A DNA stretch of 64,000 nt from Neoechinorhynchus agilis (taxonomy: Eukaryota; Animalia; Acanthocephala), in assembly GCA_051530055.1 (NCBI GenBank), contig CM121342.1, forward strand, positions 12,973,480-13,037,479. Reading direction: 5' to 3'. A program made the position numbers and the translations under genes. The stretch's first letter is position 1. Each line of letters begins with the position of its first letter. Shown piece by piece: positions 50,901 through 62,980 of the stretch. Below the pieces are notes generated by a model. It was not told where the DNA came from. It saw nothing but the letters and a program-made list of their open reading frames with translations, and searched no databases.

Positions 50901-53545
50901 ATCGATCCACTTTGACGCTTTATTGGCATATGAGGATTGTTTGGCCCACTCATAAGAGAGGTTGGATAGCGCATGGAGAAAGCTGCGCATAGTTGACCGC
51001 TGTCCTTACTAACCGTATGTTCAACAACAACAATTTATTCGGCCATGAATCATGGGCATAGATCGCAATTGATATTGTCAATGTAGCAGATGCATTCATA
51101 TAAGATCGATCCACTTTGACGCTTTATTGGCATATGAGGATTGTTTGGCCCACTCATAAGAGAGGTTGGATAGCGCATGGAGAAAGCTGCACATAGTTGA
51201 CCGCTGTCCTTACTAACCGTATGTTCAACAACAATTTATTCGGCCATGAATCATGGGTATAGATTGCAATTGACGTTGTCAATGTAGCAGATGCATTCAT
51301 GTAAGATCGATCCACTTTGACGCTTTATTGGCATATGAGGATTGTTTGGCCCACTCATAAGAGAGGTTGGATAGCGCATGGAGAAAGCTGCGCATAGTTG
51401 ACCGCTGTCCTTACTAACCGTATGTTCAACAACAACAATTTATTCGGCCATGAATCATGGGCATAGATCGCAATTGATATTGTCAATGTAGCAGATGCAT
51501 TCATATAAGATCGATCCACTTTGACGCTTTATTGGGCTATGAGGATAGCTTGGCCCACTCATAAGTTAGGTTGGATAGCGCATGGAGAAAGCTCGCATAG
51601 TTGACCGCTGTCCTTACTAACCGTATGTTCAACAACAATTTATTCGGCCATGAATCATGGGTATAGATCGCAATTGACATTGTCAATGTAGCAGATGCAT
51701 TCATGTAAGATCGATCCACTTTGACGCTTTATTGGCATATGAGGATTGTTTGGCCCACTCATAAGAGAGGTTGGATAGCGCATGGAGAAAGCTGCGCATA
51801 GTTGACCGCTGTCCTTACTAACCGTATGTTCAACAACAACAATTTATTCGGCCATGAATCATGGGTATAGATCGCAATTGACATTGTCAATGTAGCAGAT
51901 GTATTCATATAAGATCGATCCACTTTGACGCTTTATCGGGCTATGAGGATAGCTTGGCCCACTCATAAGTTAGGTTGGATAGCGCATGGAGAAAGCTCGC
52001 ATAGTTGACCGCTGTCCTTACTAACCGTATGTTCAACAACAACAATTTGTTCGGCCATGAATCATGGGTATGGACCGCAGATGACAATGATCAATGTAGC
52101 AGATGCATTCATGTAAGATCGATCCACTTTGACGCTTTATTGGCATATGAGGATTGTTTGTACCACTCATAAGAGAGGTTGGATAGCGCATGGAGAAAGC
52201 TGCGCATAGTTGACCGCTGTCCTTACTAACCGTATGTTCAACAACAATTTATTCGGCCATGAATCATGGGCATAGATCGCAATTGATATTGTCAATGTAG
52301 CAGATGTATTCATATAAGATCGATCCACTTTGACGCTTTATTGGGCTATGAGGATAGCTGGGCCCACTCATAAGTTAGGTTGGATAGCGCATGGAGAAAG
52401 CTGCGCATAGTTGACCGCTGTTCTTACTAACCGTATGTTCAACAACAATAATTTATTCGGCCATGAATCATGGGCATAGATCGCAATTGATATTGTCAAT
52501 GTAGCAGATGCATTCATATAAGATCGATCCACTTTGACGCTTTATCAGGCTATGAGGATAGCTTGGCCCACTCATAAGAGAGGTTGGATAGCGCATGGAG
52601 AAAGCTGCGCATAGTTGACCGCTGTCCTTACTAACCGTATGTTCAACAACAATTTATTCGGCCATGAATCATGGGTATAGATCGCAATTGACATTGTCAA
52701 TGTAGCAGATGGATTCATGTAAGATCGATCCACTTTGACGCTTTATTGGCATATGAGGATTGTTTGGCCCACTCATAAGAGAGGTTGGATAGCGCATGGA
52801 GAAAGCTGTGCATAGTTGACCGCTGTCCTTACTAACCGTATGTTCAACAACAACAATTTATTCGGCCATGAATCATGGGCATAGATCGCAATTGATATTG
52901 TCAATGTAGCAGATGTATTCATATAAGATCGATCCACTTTGACGCTTTATCGGGCTATGAGGATAGCTTGGCCCACTCATAAGTTAGGTTGGATAGCGCA
53001 TGGAGAAAGCTCGCATAGTTGACCGCTGTCCTTACTAACCGTATGTTCAACAACAACAATTTGTTCGGCCATGAATCATGGGTATGGACCGCAGATGACA
53101 ATGATCAATGTAGCAGATGCATTCATGTAAGATCGATCCACTTTGACGCTTTATTGGCATATGAGGATTGTTTGTACCACTCATAAGAGAGGTTGGATAG
53201 CGCATGGAGAAAGCTGTGCATAGTTGACCGCTGTCCTTACTAACCGTATGTTCAACAACAATTTATTCGGCCATGAATCATGGGCATAGATCGCAATTGA
53301 TATTGTCAATGTAGCAGATGCATTCATGTAAGATCGATCCACTTTGACGCTTTATCGGGCTATGAGTATTGCTTGGCCCACTCATAAGTTAGGTTGGATA
53401 GCGCATGGAGAAAGCTGCGCATAGTTGACCGCTGTTCTTACTAACCGTATGTTCAACAACAACAATTTGTTCGGCCATGAATCATGGGTATAGATCGCTG
53501 ATGACAATGATCAATGTATTCATATAAAGTTGACCGCTGTCGTTA
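47915..53545. repeat. Satellite array, ~201-205-bp unit, about 28 copies
   Basis: ggttggatagcgcatggagaaagctgcgcatagttgaccg recurs at 47926, 48130, 48331, 48535 and onward to ~53393; units highly similar. Confidence 0.98.
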
Positions 53546-53569
53546 CTTACCGATTAATAAACACGTTTT

Positions 53570-54150
53570 AATAATGAACACGTTTTATTGACTTAGAAAA
53601 ACGATCCATACACTTGCCAGCATATATCTTTGCTGAAGTTATCTGGATGTCGGATGTTGAGGCAGGGAGGTGGGATTTGTCTTTGGAGTTATACAGGAGA
53701 ATGACAAATTGGAAGTCTTTCCTTGTTCTCCGGTTATTAAGGAAAGATTGGACTTGGGGGAAGAAAGATTTTTCGTAGAGGCTGGTACGAGGGAGGGGGG
53801 ATTAAAAAGGTTGTGGTTCCGGGTGTTTACTAGGGACGAGTATTTAGAGATGAGGGAAGAAAATTGTGGAGGGGGTTGAAGAAGACGGAGGGCGTTTTTT
53901 GAGAAAATGGAGTTGATGTGGTCGTCGAGATGAGGGAGTTAAGTCCCGCATTTTCTCGCTGCTCTCTAGTGGAAGGTTTCGAGGGAATGGAGAGCATTGG
54001 CGGAAAGGGCGAGGAAAATGGGGTAGGCGTATGTAAGGATAGGGAGGATGGCAGAGAGATAAAGGTGGGCAAGGTGTTTAGGGGAAACGCCGAGACGCCG
54101 GAGGAGTTTGAGGAGGTAAAGACGAGGGTTTGCTTCAGAGAATGTAAATG
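53570..54150 (-). mobile_element. L2/Crack-like LINE ORF2 3' fragment interrupting the satellite
   Basis: ANPRLYLLKLLRRLGVSPKHLAHLYLSAILPILTYA and NPLHNFLP, typical post-RT LINE motifs. Confidence 0.75.
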
Positions 54151-54154
54151 AAAT

Positions 54155-54745
54155 GTGGGCATCCACAATTTATTCGACCATGAATTGTGGGTATAGATCG
54201 CAGAAGACAATGATGAATTTAGCAGATGTATTCTTGTGAGATCGATCCACTTTGACGCTTTATCAACCCATGAGGATAGCTTGGCCCACTCATAAGGGAG
54301 GTGGGTTAGGGCACGCCGAAAGCTGCGACAGTTGGCCGCTGTCCTTACTTACCGCATGTTCAACAACAACAGTTTATTCGTCTACAAATCATGGGTATAG
54401 ATCGCAGATGACAATTAGCAATGCAGCAGATGTATTCATATAAGATCGATCCACTTTTACGCTTTAATGGCCTAGCAAGAAAGCTTGGCCCAATCATAAT
54501 GGAGGTTGGATAGCGCATGGAGAAAGCTGCGCATAGTTGACCGCTGTCCTTACTAACCGTATGTTCAACTACAATTTATTCGGCCATGAATCATGGGCAT
54601 AGATCGCAATTGACATTGTCAATGTAGCAGATGCATTCATGTAAGATCGATCCACTTTGACACTTTATTGGCATATGAGGATTGTTTGGCCCACCTATAA
54701 GTTAGGTTGGATAGCGCATGGAGAAAGCTGCGCATAGTTGATTGC
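54155..54745. repeat. Continuation of the satellite (~3 units, the first markedly diverged)
   Basis: Same unit motifs (gatcgatccactttgacgc, ggcccactcataag) with more substitutions near 54155-54400. Confidence 0.95.
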
Positions 54746-54769
54746 TACTTTCTTTTTTTGCCTAAATCT

Positions 54770-55030
54770 AGTTTTGGATGGTTTGAGAGAAAAGCCCATG
54801 CGAACGAGAGTTTGATTTATGAAGGCAAGGAGGTAATGCAATGTTGAGATTGCCGCAACGTAATTAGCTTCCTTGACTACAACAGTTAAGTCATCGGCAT
54901 ATACTGTTATCGAATGTTAAATTCTGCAGTTTTGTACAATGAATTGCGATGCCAAAATAAAAGGGGTGGCTGAGAACGTTGAGCGTGTTGGAAGGTATAA
55001 ATATAGCTCTACTCCTTATAACTCGCTCTC
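54770..55030 (-). mobile_element. Non-LTR RT remnant (YADD)
   Basis: Minus strand tatgccgatgac (YADD) at ~54890 preceded by an RT4-like segment. Confidence 0.55.
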
Positions 55031-55296
55031 GGAGTTGATGAGTTCTTGACATGTTTAGTAAGTCGTCCAAATTGTCTTCAAATTATTCTTTCAAACACGT
55101 ACATCTACAGAGTATACTTACTTTCCGTGGAGAAAAATCGTTTATCCGTTTGCTCTCTAGAGTTGTTAACTCACAAATCATCCGCCGTATTTTGATCAAC
55201 ATAACCAAAATTAGAGCCGATGGAAAATGTACGCTCTGGCGCAATAGGAGTTTTTTCTTTAATGTGTATGTGATCATCGCGAAAAATAAGGGATTG

Positions 55297-56014
55297 TTAA
55301 GATCGATCACCAACATTTTGTGCTTCGTCGATTGTTGCGCAAACTCTGAAAGCCTCAACGATTTTCAGTATTTGATCAATTTTTCGCTCAATTTCTTCTT
55401 TATCATTGTTTTTAGAAGCGGCAGGCCAGCGTTCTTCTCTTCCTACATTTTCTTTTGATATTGAAGCAAATCCACTTTTGTTAAACAAGTGAATATCGTC
55501 AATGGTGATATGACGCAAAATTCCTTTTGGATCAACAATAACAAAACCTTTGTAAACAGCTCCATCTTTAATAAATCCAAAGGATTTCGAGATTTTTTGC
55601 TTCCCATCGGTGAGCATTGTAAACTTCATTGATCCTATAGCACCATCAGCGCGTAATTCTTTACTCCTAAATTTTTTGTTCAAATTAAATTTCAATTAGT
55701 ACTGATGTTTACCAAGCAAGATGATTGGATTTGCTAGCCGTAGAGCAGGTGAGAGCTTCACAATTGATTTTATGGAAATCCTTCGCTCTATTGTTTAGAA
55801 CAGCGATCGCCGTAGGACATGCATACTCGAATGCTAGCGGATAAAAGAATATTACTAAGAATTTTTCTTTATATTCCGACAACGAAACTATGTTTAATCT
55901 GCCTTCTACAACGGCTTCAGTCTCGAAATACGGTGCTGCATGGTTGATACCTGCTTCTTCCATTGAACGGGAACGAGAGACAAGGACACGTCTGAAAAAC
56001 AGTCCACTTGACAT
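55297..56014 (-). CDS. Peroxiredoxin (AhpC/TSA, Prx1 group), divergent, with possible mitochondrial leader; canonical 46-nt intron 55712-55667
   Basis: FFYPLAFEYACPT peroxidatic motif, HLAW|SKELRADGAIG, VIVDPKGILRHITI, KIDQILKIVEAF. Confidence 0.88.
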
Positions 56015-56726
56015 TGAACTTTTTAGTCGTTGCCTTTTTGTGCAAAGGAGACAATCTTAGGGGCAAAATGGTATGTCTACGAACATTAGTAGACGGATTT
56101 TTATTTCTTATAAAAATTAAAGAGTAACCGCCGAAACTGACGTCCGTTTGAACCGACCTACCAGAGCACGAATGATTCGAAGATTTTTGAACAAATTTCG
56201 ATTCCCGAGCTTTTCTTGTACAAACATAATGCGCCCAATGGCAGCTCTAAGTGGTTAAAGCCTGAAGTACTTTGGAAATATGATGCATTATTGGTTAAGA
56301 AGTCACAAATTGCCATATCTATTAAGAATCGTCCAAGCCATTTAATTATTGACGAGATCCTAAGATAAGTAAGTACTTAGAAAATTTGAAGGCACAGATT
56401 AAAGTCATGCGTCTTATTCATTTTTCGTCTTGAAGAATCAATCGAATGCATAATGTTGCAAATCACTGAATGCATCAGTCATTATCAATTCGAATTGTTT
56501 TATTCGCGCTTGGACTAACGATATATCTCTCCGGTGTTGATGATCGACTAAAATAATAGCCTCAGCGAGGAAAAGAAGCGGCATAAGTACTCCTCGCTCG
56601 ATGGGCATCAATATGTATTCATCCTGATTGTGGTGGAAACGCTGGGATGTCTCGGAAAAGAAGCCGATTATTTCCTCTCCCGACTGGGAAAGATGCTGAA
56701 ATATGCCACCGGCGATATGTGCTCCG

Positions 56727-56812
56727 GCAGCTTCCTGCTGCAGCGAATCAGCGCGGCGATCCAACGCGGCAATGCCGCGGCCATCAAGGAAGCTGCCGAA
56801 CAATCATGACGA
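56727..56812 (+). mobile_element. Short CRE 3'-end fragment
   Basis: Near-identical to the reverse complement of ~44203-44285 (LLQRISAAIQRGNAAAIKEAAEQS). Confidence 0.85.
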
Positions 56813-57033
56813 CAGTTGAAGAATTGAACGAAAAGCAAATGCAATGATTGCTTTCACGAATGTAAAGTTTGTTGATGCTTTTACATCATAAAAAACTGCC
56901 CGAATGCAATAAAGAATTTTATTTAAGAGCCACTGTGATATTCTGTAAGTATACACCAATTTGTTGCTTTGAGCAAACAGCACAACTTATAGACAATGGT
57001 TTATGTTCACAGATCTATGCCATTTGACTATTT

Positions 57034-58847
57034 TTATAGGAACCTCGTCCTATAGCCGAGACATTGAGCCTTTAGGGGGAGACAGAAGAGTCGAGCATGG
57101 AATAGTCGAAGATGGTCGACCATGTACATTCCAGTTAATACACCGGCAAGGACACTGATCTTCATCACCATTGCACTTGTTATCAATCCGTTTCCTGGCG
57201 TGAATGAAATTAGGCGGAGTATACACGCTTTCACGTAAGATGATAGATAATCGACCATTATGAGACATGATGCCTTCAGAAGGTTCTCATGAGAAATTGG
57301 ACAAGAACATCAAAACTCACCGCGACAATTGTGCCCGAAGAAGTGTCAACTAAGGGTGGACATGGACTGTAGAAAGCAATAAATACAAGATAGACTCCCA
57401 GCAAAATAACCAATAGCATGTATATGTTGAGCAAGAGAAGATTCTTGGTCGGTTTCTTGTATGCCAAAATGACTGCACTGAATCGTATGGCATTGGCTAA
57501 ACGAGGTGATAGCGAAATAAAGTACATCATTATGGAAAGTCTTCTTTAAATCAAGTCATGTACCGTCGGTAGAGTATCGATTTCCTTCGAAATTTCATTT
57601 TGGTTTAGCCCCTTATACAAAATCGACTATTCTCAAGTCGTGATGACAATTTTTCGAGGCTCGTCTATAGAAATCCCGATATAAGAAGAAACCAAAGAAA
57701 CGATTTGTGCCCGCTTAGCCTATGTGCGAGAGCCTCGATTTTCATTTGTTTCACGGTCGGTCTGAGGCGGATCTGTCGTACTATTCCTCTGATTAAAATT
57801 GCGTTATCATCCAAAGAAAAGTGGTGGACGTGGTATTCAAGTTGCCTTGGAACTTACCGATGATTATAACATTGTTTGCTGTTTTGAATCCGTACGGAAG
57901 GATCGTGTACGTGTAAAGGGAGCTCATAAGTCCCCAAAGCAAAAATGCTAATATAGCGAGAAGCAACATGAGTTCCCAAAAGATAAAAGGTTTCATTTGA
58001 TACTCATTCTTGATAGAATTAGCTGTTAATCGCTCTCGCTCGTTTTTGTCACCTTGATCGTCGATTCTAATTTGAATTTTCTTGAACTTCGGTACATACT
58101 CCATTATTATAAACGCCAAGAGACAAAGTCCCATAATGAACGCAAGGCAACCAAAAAAAATATTAACGCTAAATCGCGGTTCTGTGTACTTTTCAACTAG
58201 TACGGAATGATTAGAAGCTGTATGATGATCGAAGTACACCAGCGGATTGACCACTTGTCCATTGAGCTCACAATACGGTTCAGCGCCACCTTGGATCAAT
58301 TTCAATATGGCTGGTATGAATCCCGTGAGACTTTCCCCCACTAAAAGTGCTGATAGATACACCTGAGGGTATAGTTTTGTGTATGGATAAAAAATGATCA
58401 TTGAACAATTATCGACTAAACCGAGACATGTTGCAAGAAGAAGCAAGGGAATGCTGTGCCTTTGAGTGCCTACTAACACTGTATAGTTCCAGAATTTTGA
58501 CATGAGTGCAAGAGATAAACCTCCAGTTAAAATAACGACAATGATCGCAACGTTCAAATGAACGATTTCTGGTCTTAGCATCTGTAGTGCATACTGTAGT
58601 TGTCTTTAGATGATTGTTTCTATATTTTTAAAGACAACTACCTCGTCTAAATTACAATTGGTCCTATTATTGGAATTTCGATTGCTATGCAAAGATAGAC
58701 AGACAGTTTCCATCCTTCAGGGAGCATGGGCACCATTAAAGGAAGTTCAGCTAACACGCCAATTAAATCAATCCACGAAGAAAGTGAAAATATGGTTATA
58801 AGAGTAAATACGACTTTGTTGATTCTAATACTGTTACCGTTCTCCAT
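57034..58847 (-). CDS. SLC52A: SLC52-family riboflavin transporter, 4 exons; introns ~58650-58593, 57857-57497 (GT-AG) and 57320-57274 (GT-AG)
   Basis: SSWIDLIGVLAELPLMVPMLPEGWKLSVY, GLVDNCSMIIFYPY, YLSALLVGESLTGFIP, PRFSVNIFF, LPYG, SPCPPLV, SSYVK. Confidence 0.92.
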
Positions 58848-59478
58848 TTTACTTGCGTCAATGTCTCGAAATCGGATTGTTGAGTAAATGTATAAAAGAC
58901 TAGTTGAACGCAAAACGAGTGTACTCAAATCTTTGTGTTCGTCGAAAGGATGATTCAGCCAAACTTGACGATGCTGGCAGGAAGGGCAGTCTAGACTGGA
59001 AAGGTGTATCCTTATAAAGACAGTATTAATGCTGGTGGGCGTGCGAAATGTAAGCACGGCCTTGCTGTTTATAAAGTCGAAGAGTGCTAGGATTTCAGAC
59101 GTCAGTGGCTGATTTGGAAGCCCCTACAGCACCTCGAGGATTTGTATATCCACGAAGCTTAGAGGATGTTATGAATGCAAGTACCGGTGTCCTTTATCAG
59201 TTTTAACCGTGCGCCATATTCATAGCGCTTTAAAATTTTAACGGCACAATATAGATGGTTTTATGTCTTCAAATTTAATTGAATTTACCTGCAAGTAGAG
59301 AACCATAAAGTGCTGCTTTATAAATTTAATTTTTGCAGCACAAGGAGCTGGCCGACTAAGCTCCCCGATATGCGATGTCCTTTCGATAATGAAACGCAGT
59401 CGATTTAGCTTGCAAATATTTTATTGTAAAATAAACATTTCGTGCTTATAAACGAAATCAGCTTAAAAGTTGATCAAA

Positions 59479-60128
59479 TTACACAATCGAAAATCCAGCA
59501 AACCGTGCCTGGCGCTGTAAATTATTTCTTCCAACGAAGGATTCTCTACTTTCCTGAACTTGTTGTCTTGTGAAAGCAGACGGAGTACCGTGAAAATGAG
59601 GAGGAAATACGTTCAAGAGTTTTATCTCCTTTTCTGAATCCACGTAAGATTTCATCTTCTGAAAAAGTCGGCTCGAATCAGGAATCGGATCGAGCTGAAT
59701 ATCCCTTTCATGAAATGCATCCATCGCAGTCAATCATTCGGTTTCCCACATCAGCAGTAAATTCAATTTCTTCGAACTTCATTTTCTTTTTTCGCCCAGT
59801 AGCAAAGAAGAAAAAGCAGAATCTTTGGGACCTTTCAATTGTATCGTCGACATTACTTTGAATACTGATCGGTCTCTTTCTTCGGTTTTGAATATGTGTT
59901 TAAATGCTATCGTGCGAATCTCAGGGCGCTAACGGGGTCGTGATTGTGGGACATTATGTCTAGCAAACGCTGAAAACCTAAAATAAATTGAAGTTGTTCT
60001 TGTAGACCAAGAAGTGAATACCAACCTTGATTAATAAGATTCCGAATTCCTTCACAATCGTGAAAAGTTTTCTCAACTGTTAAACAATAATCAATGGATA
60101 ATTTTGCGATAACTAAAAAAACATGCAT
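59479..60128 (-). pseudogene. LisH/CTLH/CRA protein (GID8/TWA1-like), disrupted by an in-frame TAG and frameshifts, or with unresolved splicing
   Basis: KLSIDYCL (LisH-like), IRNLINQG, LQFILGFQRLLDIM..SALRFAR*HL, PKDSAFSSLL in shifting frames; family assignment from recalled consensus. Confidence 0.45.
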
Positions 60129-60959
60129 ACCGAATTTCAGATACTTTCAACTTTTTTACACGATGGATTGTAAAATACGTCCACTAAAGCGAACTGGACA
60201 ACAATGCGGTATAACGATGGTCTTAAGCTAAATCGACAAAAGCATCACTCATAACAAATGTACTCAATGTAGCAATTATAAAACCAACATCCCTAAAAGC
60301 CCAGTTGTTCGACTGCTGTTATGTAGTTGAAATTCTAAATGATTTAATTTGTGCTCGAAGAAACGAATGTCAGATCAGAAATTGGAGTGAATCTGACATG
60401 CTTTTATTGGAGGACCTAAGAAGCTCAAAAGTTGTCCCTATTCCTTAAGATTGCGAGCCAGATTTTAGACCGGCTTTAAAGAATGGATCACCTGCTCAGT
60501 GGGCGTGTTTTAATCGATGTATTGAGCAAGGAGAGAAAAGTCTTGGCATTTCAGCCTACTGAGTACCCGAAATCCTTTGAACCTGGGTACATAAAACTCG
60601 TTGACGTTTTTCATACTCTGAAGGGAAAATATGTGATTTTTAGCTCAAAGTCAGACGAATCGAAGCGAATTGCTTTCTTTTTTCTATAACAATTTTCTTG
60701 TGATTTTCTCAGTTCGGTTCCCTGAAACATCTTAAGTAACATACAAATTTGCTCATTTTTATATCAACAAAATTAAATTGTATAATATTTAAATCACTTG
60801 TTTATTTGTTATAATTGCATACATTTTTGAAAAGCCTCAAACAAAAAAGTGATTATATCTCATAGAAGAAAAGGACTGTCGAAATTATTAGTAATTTCGT
60901 GATGCCGATTAACAATAAAATAATCAGAAATTCTCTAGCGAACTATTTTTCGGTTGAAA

Positions 60960-62980
60960 CATTTTGATGCAACAAAAATTACTTTAATGAGTCTGATTGT
61001 ATGAGAGGGTGCGAATTTTATATTAAAATTTAAAAGTGAAATAAAATAATAAGAATTTGGTTTAGTTACCGAATGCTCGAAGTTTTAATCAAAAATCATT
61101 TCTCAGAAGCATGGCAATATTAATTTGATTTTTCAATCAAAAACAATGAAAAGAATAGAATCTCGAAATAAAAACATTTTACAAATACAATGTGTGTAAG
61201 CATTTTTCAACTTGTGTCGTTTTGAAATTCAAAAGACAATTTATTAGTTAATAACGTTAATATTTAGTACAAATCGGCAACAATCAATAATTGGAATGCG
61301 ATCTTCTTGTAATGAAATTTATTGTGAGTCAAGAATATTGAATCCCGGTCCTGTTTGCAATGATTTACGCGGTCTTTCCCAATTTGAAAAGTTAAAATAA
61401 GAATGAATAAGCAGCGGATGAGGATAATTATCTGATTTTGGTGTATCTTTATTGATTTTGAATATCGATCTTTATGATTTGCAGCTCGATGATGAAGAGC
61501 GAAGTAATAAAAAGAACTTGAGCCAATCAACGACTGAGAAGCACTTCTAGCAGGGGAGGAAGGTTCACGGTCGGCGAGATCAGAAAAATTCGGTGACCTT
61601 TTCCTTTTAATCAGAACATCAATCTATCAATATGATTTTGCCTTGCTTGTGCTTCCGTTGAGATGAGAAACGCATTATTGTCTCAAGTACTCTTTTGAGT
61701 ACAATTCGAGTTTAATCGAAATCAATTTGATAGGTCATAAAAAGATCTAAGAATTGTTTTAACCTAGTAAATGCGAAAAACCAGACTGAAATTTGTTGCT
61801 ATTTGATCGATGAGAATTGGATGAGTCTTTTATTTGAGTAAATCGATCAATCAGTATTTTACGGGTACATAATACCTTTTGTTGTTATTAGCCGCGAATC
61901 GATTCCAGATTTTGCAATCTGCAGTGCAAATCCCAAAAGCTAAATTGCCGGCGCTTCTTCTTATGAGCGATTGAAAAAGATATCAGTTTTTTTTTGTCAA
62001 TTGCATCACAGGTATTTAAATTCATAGCATCACAGGTATTTAAATTCATCTCTAATTAAATGGAACGTATAAAAATTTAAACGTCACAGTGAGAATCTTC
62101 GACAAAGGACCGAAACATGAGAAAAATTATAGCCGCTTAAAATGCAAATTTGTTCTGGTGTTAAAGTTCATTCGCGACAAATTTTATAGGCCATAAAAAG
62201 ATCTAAGAATTGTTTTAACCTAGTAAATGGGAAAAATCAGACTGAAACATGTTGCCACTTGATCGATGAAAATTGGATGAGTCTTTTATTTGAGTAAATC
62301 GATCTATCAGTATTTTACGGGTACATAATACCTATTCTTGTTATTAGCCGCGAATCAATTCCAGATTTTGCAATAATGAGTTCATAAAAGCTGAATTGCC
62401 GGCGATTCTTCTTATGAATTATTGAAAAAAAAGATATCAGTTTTTTTGTCAAAAGTATCACAGGTATTTAAATTCATCTTTAATTAAATGGCACGTGTAA
62501 AATCTTAAACATCACAGCTAGAATCTTTGGCAAGATATCGAAAAATAAGAAAAATAAGAGCCGCTTAAAATGCAAATTTGTTCTGGTGTTAAAGTTCATT
62601 CGCAATAAATAAATATGAAGTCGTTTGGCATGGAATTTTCGCAAAATATCTTTCCACCGTTACATAAATGTGCTCAGACGGCATTTTTTTGAATGCTTCT
62701 GAATCATCATTCATTGCAGTTTAAAGTAGGAGAATAAAAAGAATGGACACGCAAAATATGGGCTAAATGGGAAAATGAAAGCGTAACTAGTGAATTGAAA
62801 GTAATTAGCATCTAATTCTTCAAAAGGATGGGGTTATTAAAAAATCGAAAAATATAGGGAAAGATGCAAAACACTCGGGGAATCGACCTGAAATTGATAT
62901 TTCATGAATTTCATTCAAAGGAGGAATTGCTGCAGATTAAGAGGGTAGTCGTGTAATCGAATTATAAGGGATGAAGGAAA
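60960..62980 (-). repeat. Non-coding repeat copy B (inverted partner of 40270-41770) with an internal ~450-bp tandem duplication
   Basis: Reverse complement matches copy A; block starting ggtcataaaaagatctaagaattg at ~61733 recurs at ~62190. Confidence 0.9.

Noticed and set aside
47915-53545. Satellite as a CRISPR array
   Set aside because: The whole ~203-bp unit repeats with no unique spacers, there are no cas genes, and the context is eukaryotic.
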